From NCBI GenBank assembly GCA_963619015.1, contig CAVEUW010000003.1, positions 2,640 through 66,639 on the forward strand: a stretch of 64,000 nucleotides of DNA, given 5' to 3'. Positions 31,132 through 41,691 of the stretch are shown one piece after another (position 1 is the first letter of the stretch; every line of letters starts with the position of its first letter). A model generated the notes under the pieces. The model was given only the letters and a program-made list of their open reading frames with translations. It was not told the DNA's origin and made no database searches. The translations under genes were made by a program, and so were the position numbers. This DNA comes from Senegalimassilia sp. GTDB taxonomy: Bacteria; Actinomycetota; Coriobacteriia; Coriobacteriales; Eggerthellaceae.

Positions 31132-31158
31132 AAAACTCCTTTTGTTGCCCCCTACGCC

Positions 31159-31204
31159 CGAAATCGAGCGGTCTTACGTTACGAAATCGAGCGGTCTAAC
31201 GTTA
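31159..31204. repeat. 23-bp tandem duplication in the carB-pyrK spacer
   Basis: CGAAATCGAGCGGTCTTACGTTA followed directly by CGAAATCGAGCGGTCTAACGTTA (1 mismatch). Confidence 0.9.
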
Positions 31205-31213
31205 CCTTAAAAC

Positions 31214-34200
31214 CTATGCACGACTTGGCAGATCATGCTGTGGTAAATCTTGCAACGCGATAGGATCAAGACCCCTATCACGTGCTGCTTCCATACCTGC
31301 AACAAGAGCCTGAGCTGCGGCAAGCGTGGTTACCTGCGTTACACCATGCTTTACAGATTCCGTACGAAGAATATAGCCGTCGTTACGAGTTGCATTACCG
31401 AAGGGCGTATTAATAACCAGCGCAATTTCGCCGTTCACCAGCATGTCTTGAATGTTCGGGCTGCCTTCGCTAATTTTCTTAACCACCTGAGTTTCAACAC
31501 CTGCGGCCTTAAGCGTACGAGCAGTACCACCTGTTGAAACGACATTGAAGCCAAGACGTACGATTTCGCGAGCGATAGAAATGATTGAGCGCTTATCGCG
31601 GTCGCATACACTGATGAAAACATTGCCGCCTTCAGGAAGCATGTAGCTGATAGCAAGCTGAGTTTTTGCGTATGCGCAGGGGAAGTTATAAGCAATACCC
31701 ATAACCTCGCCGGTTGATTTCATTTCAGGCCCAAGCCTTGTATCAGCCCCGGGGAAACGGCCAAAAGGCATAACGGCTTCTTTGACGCTAAAGTGGTCAA
31801 TCTCACGATTGTCAGCTGGAAGATTCAAATCAGCAATCTTTTCGCCAGCCATAATGCGAGCTGCACACTTCGCAAGCGGAACACCTGTTGCTTTTGAAGC
31901 AAATGGCACCGTACGGCTCGCGCGCGGATTTGCCTCGATCATGTATACAACCTGGTCTTTTACGGCGAACTGAATGTTCATAAGACCCACAACGCCAATA
32001 CGAAGCGCTAAACGGCGAGCAATGTCACGAAGCTTATCTTGCATGGTTTCCGAGATGGCAAACGGAGGTGTGCAACACGCCGAGTCACCGGAGTGAATAC
32101 CAGCTTCTTCAATGTGCTCCATAATGGCTCCGACGAATACTTCTTCGCCATCGCACAGGGCATCCAAGTCAAGCTCAACCGCTCCTTCAAGGAATCGGTC
32201 AAGGTATACCGGGTGGTCAGGAGTAATTTTTGCAGCTTCGGTCATATACTTTTCAAGCTGCGAGCCATCGTAGACGATACCCATACCGCGCCCGCCAAGC
32301 ACATAGCTCGGGCGAACCAAAAGCGGGAAGCCAATATTTTCCGCAACCTTACAAGCCTCTTCAAACGTTGATGCTTGACCTGCCGCCGGATACATGATGT
32401 TAAGTTCGTCACAAATAGCTCGGAAGCGATCGCGATCTTCAGCCAAGTCAATTGCTTCTGGCTTCGTACCCATAATGTGCACGCCTGCATCTTCAAGAGC
32501 TTGGGCAAGCTTGAGCGGCGTTTGACCGCCAAGGGTGACCACTACCCCATCAGGCTGTTCGACATCGACGATATCCATGACATCTTCGAAGGTCAGAGGC
32601 TCGAAATACAGCTTATCTGATGTGTCGTAGTCAGTAGAGACAGTTTCGGGGTTGCAGTTAACCATAATGGTTTCGAACCCTGCGTCGTGCAAAGCATAGC
32701 TTGCATGCACGCAGCAATAGTCGAATTCGATACCCTGGCCAATACGGTTCGGACCAGCACCCAAAATCATTGCGCGAGGACGCGTATGCTCACCGGGAAC
32801 TTCACTTTCCGCTGCATCGTATGTTTTATAGTGATATGCCGTCTTGCTTGGGAATTCAGCAGCGCACGTATCAACTGTTTTAAACGCTGGAACAACACCT
32901 AAAAGCTTACGGCAAGTGCGCACAGTAAGCTCATCAGAGCCGGTCAAGTGAGCAATTTGTGCATCGGATAAACCCATCGACTTCACAACGCGGAAAGCGT
33001 CAGCGTCAAGTGCTTCAAGCTTCATGCCACGCAAGTTTTCTTCAACTCGCACGATGTCATACATGCGATTAAGGAACCAACGGTCGATTTTCGTAGCTTC
33101 AAAGACCTTATCAACAGACCAACCGCGCTTCATCGCCTCAGCTACGTAGAAAATGCGATCCTGAGTAGGTCGACCAACCAAATCGTCGAACTCAGCCTCA
33201 TCGAAAACTTCTTTGCACTTACCATCAGCATTTAAGCCGTCTCGTCCGTTTTCAAGCGAACGCATCGCCTTGCCAAGGGCTTCCTCAAATGTACGTCCGA
33301 TAGACATGATTTCGCCAACAGCCTTCATGCGTGTGGAAAGCGTGTCGTCAGAACCTTGGAATTTCTCGAATGCAAAGCGGGGAACCTTCACAACGCAGTA
33401 GTCGATTGAAGGCTCAAAACACGCAGGTGTTGCTTTGGTGATATCGTTTACGATTTCGTCAAGCGTATATCCTACAGCCAAGCGAGCAGCAGCTTTTGCA
33501 ATAGGAAAACCTGTTGCTTTAGAAGCAAGCGCCGACGAACGGGACACGCGCGGATTCATCTCGATGACGACCATACGGCCATTGTTGGGATTGAGAGCGA
33601 ACTGAACGTTTGAACCGCCCGTTTCAACGCCAACCTTTTCAAGAATCGCAAGCGAAGCTGTGCGCATGCGCTGATATTCGACATCAGATAGCGTTTGTGC
33701 GGGAGCAACGGTAATGGAGTCACCGGTGTGTACACCCATAGGGTCGAAGTTTTCAATGGAGCAGACGATAATGCCATTACCTGCGCGGTCGCGCATGACC
33801 TCCATTTCGTATTCTTTCCAACCCTCAATAGATTCCTCTACCAGGACCTCACCTGCCGGAGAGAGCTCAAGACCTTGCGATACGATAAGACGTAGCTCAG
33901 CTTCATCATGCGCGATACCGCCACCAGCGCCGCCCATCGTAAATGAAGGACGCAGCACAACCGGATAACCCAGCTTGTCAGTAATAGAGAGTGCATCGTC
34001 AACGGAATAAGCATATCCGCTTCGTGCGGTCTCAATTCCTAATTCAGCCATGCAGTCGTTGAAAAGCTTGCGGTCTTCACCACGTTCGATTGCCTCAAGG
34101 TCGCAACCAATCATCTCAACACTGTATTTTTCAAGAACACCCGACTTTGCAAGTTCAACAGCGGTGTTAAGACCTGTTTGACCGCCAAGTGTCGGCAATA

Positions 34201-34456
34201 GTGCATCAGGGCGCTCTTTTTCAATAATTTTTTCGACAAACTCAGCGGTAATAGGCTCAACATAGGTTCGATCAGCCATACCAGGGTCGGTCATAATGGT
34301 GGCCGGGTTCGAATTCACAAGGATAACGCGATAGCCGTCAGCTTTTAAAACCTTGCAAGCCTGTGCACCGGAATAGTCAAATTCACAAGCCTGGCCGATA
34401 ACAATAGGGCCAGAGCCGATGACTAAAATAGATTGAATGTCTGTACGCTTAGGCAT
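31214..34456 (-). CDS. carB: Carbamoyl-phosphate synthase large subunit
   Basis: MPKRTDI...[17 protein letters not shown], duplicated ATP-grasp halves, MGS domain. SD AAGGAGG before ATG 34456. Confidence 0.97.
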   Translation of the reverse strand: MPKRTDIQSILVIGSGPIVIGQACEFDYSGAQACKVLKADGYRVILVNSNPATIMTDPGMADRTYVEPITAEFVEKIIEKERPDALLPTLGGQTGLNTAVELAKSGVLEKYSVEMIGCDLEAIERGEDRKLFNDCMAELGIETARSGYAYSVDDALSITDKLGYPVVLRPSFTMGGAGGGIAHDEAELRLIVSQGLELSPAGEVLVEESIEGWKEYEMEVMRDRAGNGIIVCSIENFDPMGVHTGDSITVAPAQTLSDVEYQRMRTASLAILEKVGVETGGSNVQFALNPNNGRMVVIEMNPRVSRSSALASKATGFPIAKAAARLAVGYTLDEIVNDITKATPACFEPSIDYCVVKVPRFAFEKFQGSDDTLSTRMKAVGEIMSIGRTFEEALGKAMRSLENGRDGLNADGKCKEVFDEAEFDDLVGRPTQDRIFYVAEAMKRGWSVDKVFEATKIDRWFLNRMYDIVRVEENLRGMKLEALDADAFRVVKSMGLSDAQIAHLTGSDELTVRTCRKLLGVVPAFKTVDTCAAEFPSKTAYHYKTYDAAESEVPGEHTRPRAMILGAGPNRIGQGIEFDYCCVHASYALHDAGFETIMVNCNPETVSTDYDTSDKLYFEPLTFEDVMDIVDVEQPDGVVVTLGGQTPLKLAQALEDAGVHIMGTKPEAIDLAEDRDRFRAICDELNIMYPAAGQASTFEEACKVAENIGFPLLVRPSYVLGGRGMGIVYDGSQLEKYMTEAAKITPDHPVYLDRFLEGAVELDLDALCDGEEVFVGAIMEHIEEAGIHSGDSACCTPPFAISETMQDKLRDIARRLALRIGVVGLMNIQFAVKDQVVYMIEANPRASRTVPFASKATGVPLAKCAARIMAGEKIADLNLPADNREIDHFSVKEAVMPFGRFPGADTRLGPEMKSTGEVMGIAYNFPCAYAKTQLAISYMLPEGGNVFISVCDRDKRSIISIAREIVRLGFNVVSTGGTARTLKAAGVETQVVKKISEGSPNIQDMLVNGEIALVINTPFGNATRNDGYILRTESVKHGVTQVTTLAAAQALVAGMEAARDRGLDPIALQDLPQHDLPSRA

Positions 34457-35819
34457 TGGCGGCCTCCTTGTCATTTGCAGACGACACTTCAGCACCAAAC
34501 GCCCAACCTGAAAGCCTGTCAGCAGCAATATCAATATCTAGATAATCGCTTCTGCCTTCCATAAGGCGCGCAAACGCTGTGAAGAGGTAGTGTGCATCGG
34601 TAGGTCCAGGGTTCGCCTCAGGGTGATACTGAACAGAAAACGCCGGAATATCCATAAAAGCAATGCCTTCTGCGGTGCCGTCGTTCAGATTGACATGCGT
34701 CAGCTGAATGCGGCCGAATCGCTTATTGTTCACCACAGGAGCTACACCCTGTTCAACCCAAAAACGCAGGTCGTCGTGATGTTCGGATATTCCACCGGAA
34801 AGTTCAGGTATCAGTTCGCCAAGGCTTGGGAATAACAATCCGAAACCATGGTTCTGTGCCGTGATTTCGACACGATGCGTGCGTAAGTTCATGACCGGAT
34901 GATTACCACCGCGATGGCCAAACTTCAGCTTCTCGATATCTGCTCCGGCGGCCTTGCTCATCATTTGGTGACCGAGGCAAATTCCGAAAACGGGAAGCTT
35001 TCCCAGCAACTTTTCCACCTGGTCATACGTACCAGCAACTGCTTCAGGGTCGCCCGGACCATTGGACAGAAACACGCCGTCAGGATGCATGTCAATAACC
35101 TTCTCAGCAGGCGTATCCCAGGGAACACACGTAACCGAACAGCCGGCGCGAACCAAGCCGTCAAGAATGGACTTCTTAACGCCGCAGTCATACGCAACAA
35201 CATTGAAGCGAGGCGCGGGCGGATTGGTCAGCGCGAATGCCTGACTTTGGGGAAGATCGGAAACTGCATGTGTGTAAGCGCTTTCGCAAGAAACCGTTGC
35301 AGCGAGGTTCACACCAACGATGCTTTCAGACGCACGAACACGATCGAGCAGAACTTGCGGGTCGGTTTCAGTCGTAGAAATGACCGCACGCTGAGCACCA
35401 TTGTCACGAACATGGCGAACCAGTGCACGAGTATCAACACCTTCGATTGCAACAATACCGTGCTCACGCAAAAATTCAGGAAGAGACTGGGTAGATCGCC
35501 AGTTAGAAGGAGTGGTGCACATATCACGAACAACCAGTCCGCGCAAAGCAGGATTTACCGACTGCATGTCATCGGCATTCACACCGTAATTGCCAATTTG
35601 AGGGTAGGTCATCGTGATGATTTGGCCTGCATAACTTGGGTCAGTGATGACTTCCAAGTAGCCCTCGAGCGAGGTATTGAAGCAGATTTCACCGAACGCT
35701 TCACCTTCGGCACCACATGAAGTACCGCTAAAGATTGCGCCGTCCTCAAGCACGACATAAGCCTGAGAACCGGAAATCTTCGACGTTCCTTCTAATAGCT
35801 TTCGCGAGATTTCACTCAC
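34449..35819 (-). CDS. carA: Carbamoyl-phosphate synthase small subunit
   Basis: [33 protein letters not shown] start after SD AAGGAG. Confidence 0.96.
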   Translation of the reverse strand: MSEISRKLLEGTSKISGSQAYVVLEDGAIFSGTSCGAEGEAFGEICFNTSLEGYLEVITDPSYAGQIITMTYPQIGNYGVNADDMQSVNPALRGLVVRDMCTTPSNWRSTQSLPEFLREHGIVAIEGVDTRALVRHVRDNGAQRAVISTTETDPQVLLDRVRASESIVGVNLAATVSCESAYTHAVSDLPQSQAFALTNPPAPRFNVVAYDCGVKKSILDGLVRAGCSVTCVPWDTPAEKVIDMHPDGVFLSNGPGDPEAVAGTYDQVEKLLGKLPVFGICLGHQMMSKAAGADIEKLKFGHRGGNHPVMNLRTHRVEITAQNHGFGLLFPSLGELIPELSGGISEHHDDLRFWVEQGVAPVVNNKRFGRIQLTHVNLNDGTAEGIAFMDIPAFSVQYHPEANPGPTDAHYLFTAFARLMEGRSDYLDIDIAADRLSGWAFGAEVSSANDKEAANA

Positions 35820-35855
35820 CAATAGCTCCTTTCACTGTGCACCTACCGCAAGTTT

Positions 35856-35884
35856 AAAAAAACACGCCCATCACGCGGGCGTGT
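35856..35884 (-). terminator. Attenuator terminator upstream of carA
   Basis: ACACGCCCGCGTGATGGGCGTGT-TTTTTTT on the minus strand. Confidence 0.82.
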
Positions 35885-35923
35885 CAAGAAAACCGCATGC
35901 GCGGATACTGCGTATGATGCTTT

Positions 35924-35956
35924 CCTTGTCGGTCTCTCTGTACCGCCCTTAAAGGT
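35924..35956 (-). promoter_or_regulatory. PyrR-binding RNA element upstream of carA
   Basis: ACCTTTAAGGGCGGTACAGAGAGACCGACAAGG: CUUUAA and CAGAGA loop motifs of PyrR sites. TATAAT at 35964-35969 just upstream; terminator downstream. Confidence 0.82.
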
Positions 35957-36065
35957 TGCAACGATTATACGCCTGCTTTCGTCTTTTATATCAGCTATCT
36001 GGCGAAAGCAGGCAAATGAACACGTACATCTAAACAGGTTGTTGCACCCCTGCTCAGATGCCTTT

Positions 36066-37361
36066 TTACGATTCCACGATTTCGCCGTCTTCCATAGTTG
36101 CATAGCCTGCAACGTAAGTATCAGTTGCCATGCCGCAAAGCTTACTTCCGATAAAACCGGAATTAGTCGCCTTGCTACAGAACTTCGAAGGGTCAACTAC
36201 CCAAGAAGCATCAGGATCGATAACGGTAAGATCACAAGTGCAACCAGCCTCAATGGCAACACGCTCGACACCTAGGATTTCACGCGGGCGAACAGCCATT
36301 ACTTCGCATAAGCGATTCCAGTCAATTTTGTTCGTATGCACCAAGTTTGTAAGCACTAGACCAAGCGACGTTTCAAGCCCAACCATTCCGTTTGGCGCCA
36401 ACTCAAATTCACGGTCCTTCTCGAAATTAATATGCGGAGCATGATCGGTCGCAATAACATCGATGGTGCCATCACAGACCCCATCAATAAGAGCACAAGC
36501 ATCGGCGGCAGTGCGCAGCGGCGGATTCACCTTAAGGTTCGTATCGTAATCATCACTTATCGCATCTTCGGTTAAGAACAGATGATGCGGTGTAACTTCG
36601 CAGGTCACAGGTAAGCCTTCGGCTTTTGCTGCACGTACGAGATTAAGCCCACGAGCCGTTGTAATGTGTTGAATATGAAGCTTACAACCAGTTAAACGAC
36701 ACAGGGCAATATCGCGTGCAATTTGAATTTCTTCGCCTTCAGCTGGCCAACCTAAAAGAGCCAAGCGAGTTGACGCGACACCTTCGTTGACCTGGCCTTC
36801 CCCTACCAAGTCTTCATCTTGGCAATGCGACATGACAACGCGGTCAAACTGACTGGCGTAATCCATCACACGACGCATCATCCCCGCGCCCTGCACGCCT
36901 CGACCGTCATCGGTAAACGCCACCGCGCCATGAGCAACCATGTCGCCCATTTCCGATAGCGTGGTGCCTTCCAAGCCCTTCGTACAGCTACCAGCCACAT
37001 AAACACGGCATTTTCCAACAGCTGCAGCTACCGACTTCACATATTCGACGCCAAGTGCGTTATCGATGACGGGCTGCGTATTCGGCATTGCGCACACAGC
37101 CGTAAAGCCACCGTGAGCAGCAGCGCGAGTTCCTGAGGCAATATCCTCTTTCTGCTCGAAGCCCGGTTCACGCAGATGCACATGCATATCAACAAGGCCT
37201 GGCACGATAACCTTGCCAGTTAGGTCGCGCTCAACACCTTTCGGCATAGTAAGGTTATGGCCAACTTCTACGATTTTGCCGTCGCGAATAAGAATCTCAC
37301 AAACCTCATCGAGCCCGACCTGCGGGTCGATAACGCGTGCACCTTTAAGCAGTAACGCCAT
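36066..37361 (-). CDS. pyrC: Dihydroorotase
   Basis: DMHVHLREPG, MPNT, KVNPPLR, ATDHAPH. Confidence 0.96.
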   Translation of the reverse strand: MALLLKGARVIDPQVGLDEVCEILIRDGKIVEVGHNLTMPKGVERDLTGKVIVPGLVDMHVHLREPGFEQKEDIASGTRAAAHGGFTAVCAMPNTQPVIDNALGVEYVKSVAAAVGKCRVYVAGSCTKGLEGTTLSEMGDMVAHGAVAFTDDGRGVQGAGMMRRVMDYASQFDRVVMSHCQDEDLVGEGQVNEGVASTRLALLGWPAEGEEIQIARDIALCRLTGCKLHIQHITTARGLNLVRAAKAEGLPVTCEVTPHHLFLTEDAISDDYDTNLKVNPPLRTAADACALIDGVCDGTIDVIATDHAPHINFEKDREFELAPNGMVGLETSLGLVLTNLVHTNKIDWNRLCEVMAVRPREILGVERVAIEAGCTCDLTVIDPDASWVVDPSKFCSKATNSGFIGSKLCGMATDTYVAGYATMEDGEIVES

Positions 37362-38289
37362 CTTCGCTCCCTCCTAATAGCAAGTACAAAGCGGCCATAC
37401 GAGTTAAGATTCCGGCATACACCTGGTCTAATATGACTGAACGATTCGGATGATCAGCCATGAAACTATCGAGTTCAACACCTCGGTTCACAGGCCCCGG
37501 GTGGCACACAATAGCATCTGGTTTCATCAGCGCATCGCGCGATTCGTTAAGCCCATAGAGCATGTTGTATTCGCGCAGACTTGGAAACGGCGCACCCTCA
37601 AGGCGTTCGCGCTGAATACGAAGCATATACACCACGTCAAGTTCCGGAAGCACCTCGTCAATGTTATGAGAAACGTGATCGATTCCAAGAACGTCGGGGC
37701 GTGCCGGCATCAGAGTTGGAGGGGCGATTGCCGTTACTGTACAACCCATAATCTTAAGTGCTGGAACAAGGCTTCCACAAACACGCGAATGCGCAATGTC
37801 CCCGACAATTCCGACGTGTAATCCGTCAAGCGTGCCCTTGGTCTGCCAAATTGTGAATAAATCCAAAAGCGCTTGAGTGGGATGTTGATGCTTGCCGTCA
37901 CCCGCATCTATTACATGAACGCCGGAAACATCAGCAATTTTTCGCGGAACACCTGCGTGTTTATCGCGCACAACAATTAAGTCAATTTTGTAGGAGCACA
38001 ACGTCTGCACCGTATCAACTAACGACTCGCCCTTTACGGTAGAAGTTGAGCTGCCGCCAAAGTTCATCGAGGTAGCCGACAGGCGCTTTTCTGCGATTTC
38101 AAAGGAAGAACGAGTGCGCGTTGAAGGTTCGTTGAACATGTTAACGACCGTAAAACCCTTAAGCGTGGGTACCTGCTTAATGCGACGCTCGTTTACCTCT
38201 TTGAACCGAAGGGCGGTTTCAAGAATAGTCATAATGTCGTCAGCAGAATATTCGCTGATATCAATAAGATGCTGGTGATTGAATGCCAT
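37345..38289 (-). CDS. pyrB: Aspartate carbamoyltransferase catalytic subunit
   Basis: EPSTRTRSSFE, HPTQALLD, RIQRER, HPGPVNRG. Start re-assigned to MAFNHQH. Confidence 0.96.
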   Translation of the reverse strand: MAFNHQHLIDISEYSADDIMTILETALRFKEVNERRIKQVPTLKGFTVVNMFNEPSTRTRSSFEIAEKRLSATSMNFGGSSTSTVKGESLVDTVQTLCSYKIDLIVVRDKHAGVPRKIADVSGVHVIDAGDGKHQHPTQALLDLFTIWQTKGTLDGLHVGIVGDIAHSRVCGSLVPALKIMGCTVTAIAPPTLMPARPDVLGIDHVSHNIDEVLPELDVVYMLRIQRERLEGAPFPSLREYNMLYGLNESRDALMKPDAIVCHPGPVNRGVELDSFMADHPNRSVILDQVYAGILTRMAALYLLLGGSEDGVTA

Positions 38290-38290
38290 G

Positions 38291-38878
38291 TTATTCACCC
38301 CCAAGCGGAGCAGCACCAATATGCGCGCCATCTTTCAGTTCCAAGATTTCAACCTCGGTCTTGCCGTCGCATTCCTCTAAGAACAGTCGAACGTTCTCAT
38401 TAGCTGACGAAGGAACATTCTTCCCAACATAATCAGCGCGAATAGGAAGTTCTCGATGACCACGGTCAACAAGAACCGCAAGCTCAACACGACGCGGACG
38501 ACCGATATCCATAAGCGCATCAAGTGCAGCGCGAATAGTCCGCCCGGTATATAAAACATCGTCAACCAAAACGACGTCTTTACCTTCCATATCGAAATTA
38601 ATCTGTGTGGAATGAACTTCGGGAGCGAAATGAGTGGCGAAATCGTCGCGATAGAAGCTGATATCAAGTTTGCCGAGCGGAACCTTAGTGCCCTCAATTG
38701 CCTCGATTTTATGCGCGAGGCGCTGCGCAAGTAGGTCTCCCCTAGTCACAATACCTACAAGTGCAATAGATTCAGCACCTTTGTTAGATTCGAGAATTTG
38801 ATGCGCGATGCGTGTTAATGAACGCTCAATCTCAGCGGCGTCCATACAGACGTTTTTCAGCGTTGCTGTATCAGCCAT
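38291..38878 (-). CDS. pyrR: Pyrimidine regulator / uracil phosphoribosyltransferase PyrR
   Basis: [45 protein letters not shown]. Confidence 0.97.
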   Translation of the reverse strand: MADTATLKNVCMDAAEIERSLTRIAHQILESNKGAESIALVGIVTRGDLLAQRLAHKIEAIEGTKVPLGKLDISFYRDDFATHFAPEVHSTQINFDMEGKDVVLVDDVLYTGRTIRAALDALMDIGRPRRVELAVLVDRGHRELPIRADYVGKNVPSSANENVRLFLEECDGKTEVEILELKDGAHIGAAPLGGE

Positions 38879-38991
38879 ACACACTCCTATCAACTAAGAC
38901 ATGTGCAGACAAACCAACATAGCGCAGGTAATGCGATTGGAGTTCGCCTTACCCGTTGTGTGCGTTTGCCACCCGATTGGCTTTCTTAATC

Positions 38992-39029
38992 AAAAAGAAA
39001 GAAAGCCCTTGTCGAAGAGACAAAGGCTT
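38992..39029 (-). terminator. Attenuator terminator in the pyrR leader
   Basis: AAGCCTTTGTC-TCTTC-GACAAGGGCTT-TCTTTCTTTT on the minus strand. Confidence 0.82.
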
Positions 39030-39074
39030 ACAACGTGTGCAATAAGGCTTACGCCGTGATGTAGTTTAGTTGCG

Positions 39075-39108
39075 CCCTTGTCGGTCTCTCTGTACCGCAT
39101 TTAAAGGA
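39075..39108 (-). promoter_or_regulatory. PyrR-binding RNA element in the pyrR leader
   Basis: TCCTTTAAATGCGGTACAGAGAGACCGACAAGGG; extended -10 TGATATACT at 39118-39126 immediately upstream. Confidence 0.85.
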
Positions 39109-39157
39109 ACTGAGAGGAGTATATCACCCAACAAAAGCAACGCAATAACGTTTTGAA

Positions 39158-40492
39158 TTATTTCGCTGAAGGACAAAAAGCGACTAAAGCAGCACTGCTT
39201 TCAAAGGTAGCAACGATACGATTTGAAAGCGAATCCCACGAAACAGAGGTTGTATCGAAACCGCTTCCGAACTCAGGATTTTCTGCAGCTTTAAGGAGTG
39301 AGTCCTTAAGAGCTGCCGCCAAACGACGTTCAAAATCAGGCAATTCGGATTCAACGGGCGTGTCGGTGCCTATGATTGTCGGGGTATTAACAAACAACAC
39401 TGGGGCGCCCGGTAAAGCCGCTTCAAGCCATGGCTTAACACCGGGCAAATTGGTTACGACTGCTCGACACCCGCATGCCATAGCCTCAATTGTTACAAGC
39501 GGAAGGCCTTCGAAAAATGACGGCAAAACGAAAATATGCGAGCCACGATACGCAGCAACGAGTTCATCTTGGCTGACGCGCCCAGCAAAATGAACTGGCA
39601 CGGGACTTTTTGTCGCTAAACTCACGATTTCATCGTATTGTGCCTGGTCGCTATGGCCCCCAACCAGCTGCAACTCAAGCTGATATGGAAAATCCTTCAG
39701 ATATTGCATCGAGCGAACAAGGCTTTCAACACCCTTTGCGCGGCAAATTTTACCTACATACAAGATACGCAACGGGTCTTGAGTACGCAGCGAAACATCA
39801 GTGTTGAACTCACGCGCGTTGTACCCAGTTCCCACAACATGAACCTTATCGCTTGCGACTCCGAAAACATCAACTATTTCTGATGCTTGCTCTGTATGCA
39901 AAGAGAAAATGCCATCAAGGCAGCGAACCGCCTCAATGATACGTTTGCGTTCCAAACCATGACTTTTTATCTGACGTAAATCAGTCGAATGACTAAGCGC
40001 CCACAGTTGGCATTTTAGCTGGTTAGAGCTACTTGAATTGTCTTGCTTGGCTCGACTCATAGGTTTCGGTGACCGATTTATACCGGCATCGCTATACATT
40101 CGCTGGATTGTTTCAACCATAACCGAACATACCAGGTAAAGATGATGACAAAGAATCACATCGGGGTGAAAATCGCGGACGACTTCTTCAATCCGTTTAG
40201 AAAAAGCGTCACGAAACACTTCAACCATATCAGGGGTCATATCACGATAGCGAGTCGCCTCGTAAGGCATGACATCACTCATACCACAGACAGGAAACGA
40301 CAACTCACCAGTTCGATACCGAACCGGATAAAATTTGCAGCCGTTTGCGAGTTCGGGGTTGTCGTCTCGATCGATTCCAGCGATAACCGCAACGCTATGA
40401 CCATGCGAAATCATTGATCGAACGGTTTCGGCCAAGTAAACGCCACTTCCAGTGCTATCAGGCTTTTGAGCTGAAATACAAAGGATTCTCAT
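39158..40492 (-). CDS. Glycosyltransferase family 4 (GT-B), selenium-cluster associated
   Basis: AQKPDSTGSGVY N-terminal loop, YVGKICRAKG, VLPSFFEGLPLVTIEA (Ex7E motif). Confidence 0.9.
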   Translation of the reverse strand: MRILCISAQKPDSTGSGVYLAETVRSMISHGHSVAVIAGIDRDDNPELANGCKFYPVRYRTGELSFPVCGMSDVMPYEATRYRDMTPDMVEVFRDAFSKRIEEVVRDFHPDVILCHHLYLVCSVMVETIQRMYSDAGINRSPKPMSRAKQDNSSSSNQLKCQLWALSHSTDLRQIKSHGLERKRIIEAVRCLDGIFSLHTEQASEIVDVFGVASDKVHVVGTGYNAREFNTDVSLRTQDPLRILYVGKICRAKGVESLVRSMQYLKDFPYQLELQLVGGHSDQAQYDEIVSLATKSPVPVHFAGRVSQDELVAAYRGSHIFVLPSFFEGLPLVTIEAMACGCRAVVTNLPGVKPWLEAALPGAPVLFVNTPTIIGTDTPVESELPDFERRLAAALKDSLLKAAENPEFGSGFDTTSVSWDSLSNRIVATFESSAALVAFCPSAK

Positions 40493-40542
40493 ACAAGTCT
40501 TTCTGTCACACAGGTATCGGTGAAAAATGGTAACCGGGATAG

Positions 40543-41682
40543 TTAAACAAGCTCAGCCGCAATTTCTTTAATAGCAACAATAGCCTGGTCAACTTCGTCT
40601 TCGGTATTAAACCACCCAAAACTAAAACGAACAACGCCCTGTTCGGCTGTACCGAGAGCTTTATGCATCAATGGAGCGCAATGAGCACCAGGGCGCGTAC
40701 ATATATCATAACGGGAAGACAACAGGTCACTTACGGTACCCGAATCAACCTCAGCGATGTTAAGGGCAACAATCCCACAACGCTTTTGCTCCCCACCGCC
40801 ATACACACGAACAGCTTCGACATCTGAAATACCATCTACAAATCGATCACAGAGCAACTGAACCTTAGCTTGAACAGTGCTTACGCCAATGCCATCCAAA
40901 AAGGCAACCCCCGCAGAAAGACCAGCCAAACCGTGAGCATTCGCCGTGCCAGCTTCTAAGCCCTCAGGCATGAAGCGCGGATGACGCTCGTCGAAGCTAT
41001 GTACGCCAGACCCGCCTTCTAAAAGAGGCACAATTTCAAGCCCTTCGCGAACAGCCAAACCGCCAGTGCCTTGTGGGCCATAGAGCGACTTATGGCCTGT
41101 AAAGCACACAACATCGGCGTCTATCTCCTGCATAGAAAACGGCAAACAACCTGCAGTTTGAGCGGCATCCAATATAAAAAGCGCACCCGACTCGTGAGCT
41201 GCCTCACACATGCGGGCTACATCGTAAACATCACCTGTCACATTCGAAGCGTGAGTAACCACAACCAATGACGCATCCGTCAAGGCGCGCTCATATGAAT
41301 CCCAGTCAAGCGACCCATCAGGGTTAATTGCGGCAACACTCACCGAACAGGAGCGGGTATCGCGAGCGCGGAATAGCGGTCGCAAAACGGAATTATGCGA
41401 AGCAGCGGTAGTAACCGCCTTCGACCTATCAGGCAGAAGACCTTCAATCGCAATGTTTAAAGCCATCGTTGCATTAAGCTCGAATGAAACACATTTAGGA
41501 CTTGAGACACCAAGTAAATTCGCAACCCGTGAGCGCGCAGAAAAAACTGCCATCGAAGCATCAAGTGCTGCTTGATGCGAACCACGCCCCGGCCCGCCAA
41601 AGCAAGACATCGCATTACTGACAGCGGAAATCACCTGTTCAGGCTTATGCATCGTGGAGGCAGCATTATCGAAATACAGCAT
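40543..41682 (-). CDS. Class V PLP enzyme, cysteine desulfurase / selenocysteine lyase family (TIGR01977-like)
   Basis: YFDNAAST, DAAQTAG, FTGHKSLYGPQGTG, catalytic RPGAHCAP. Confidence 0.9.
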   Translation of the reverse strand: MLYFDNAASTMHKPEQVISAVSNAMSCFGGPGRGSHQAALDASMAVFSARSRVANLLGVSSPKCVSFELNATMALNIAIEGLLPDRSKAVTTAASHNSVLRPLFRARDTRSCSVSVAAINPDGSLDWDSYERALTDASLVVVTHASNVTGDVYDVARMCEAAHESGALFILDAAQTAGCLPFSMQEIDADVVCFTGHKSLYGPQGTGGLAVREGLEIVPLLEGGSGVHSFDERHPRFMPEGLEAGTANAHGLAGLSAGVAFLDGIGVSTVQAKVQLLCDRFVDGISDVEAVRVYGGGEQKRCGIVALNIAEVDSGTVSDLLSSRYDICTRPGAHCAPLMHKALGTAEQGVVRFSFGWFNTEDEVDQAIVAIKEIAAELV

Positions 41683-41691
41683 ATCAAACTC

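Noticed and set aside
31159..31204. Possible CRISPR array
   Set aside because: Only two abutting copies, no spacer, no cas genes.
39158..40492. Calling the glycosyltransferase senB (selenoneine pathway)
   Set aside because: No senA/egtB-like neighbour, and the N-terminal motif does not match what I recall of SenB. Only an analogy is supported.
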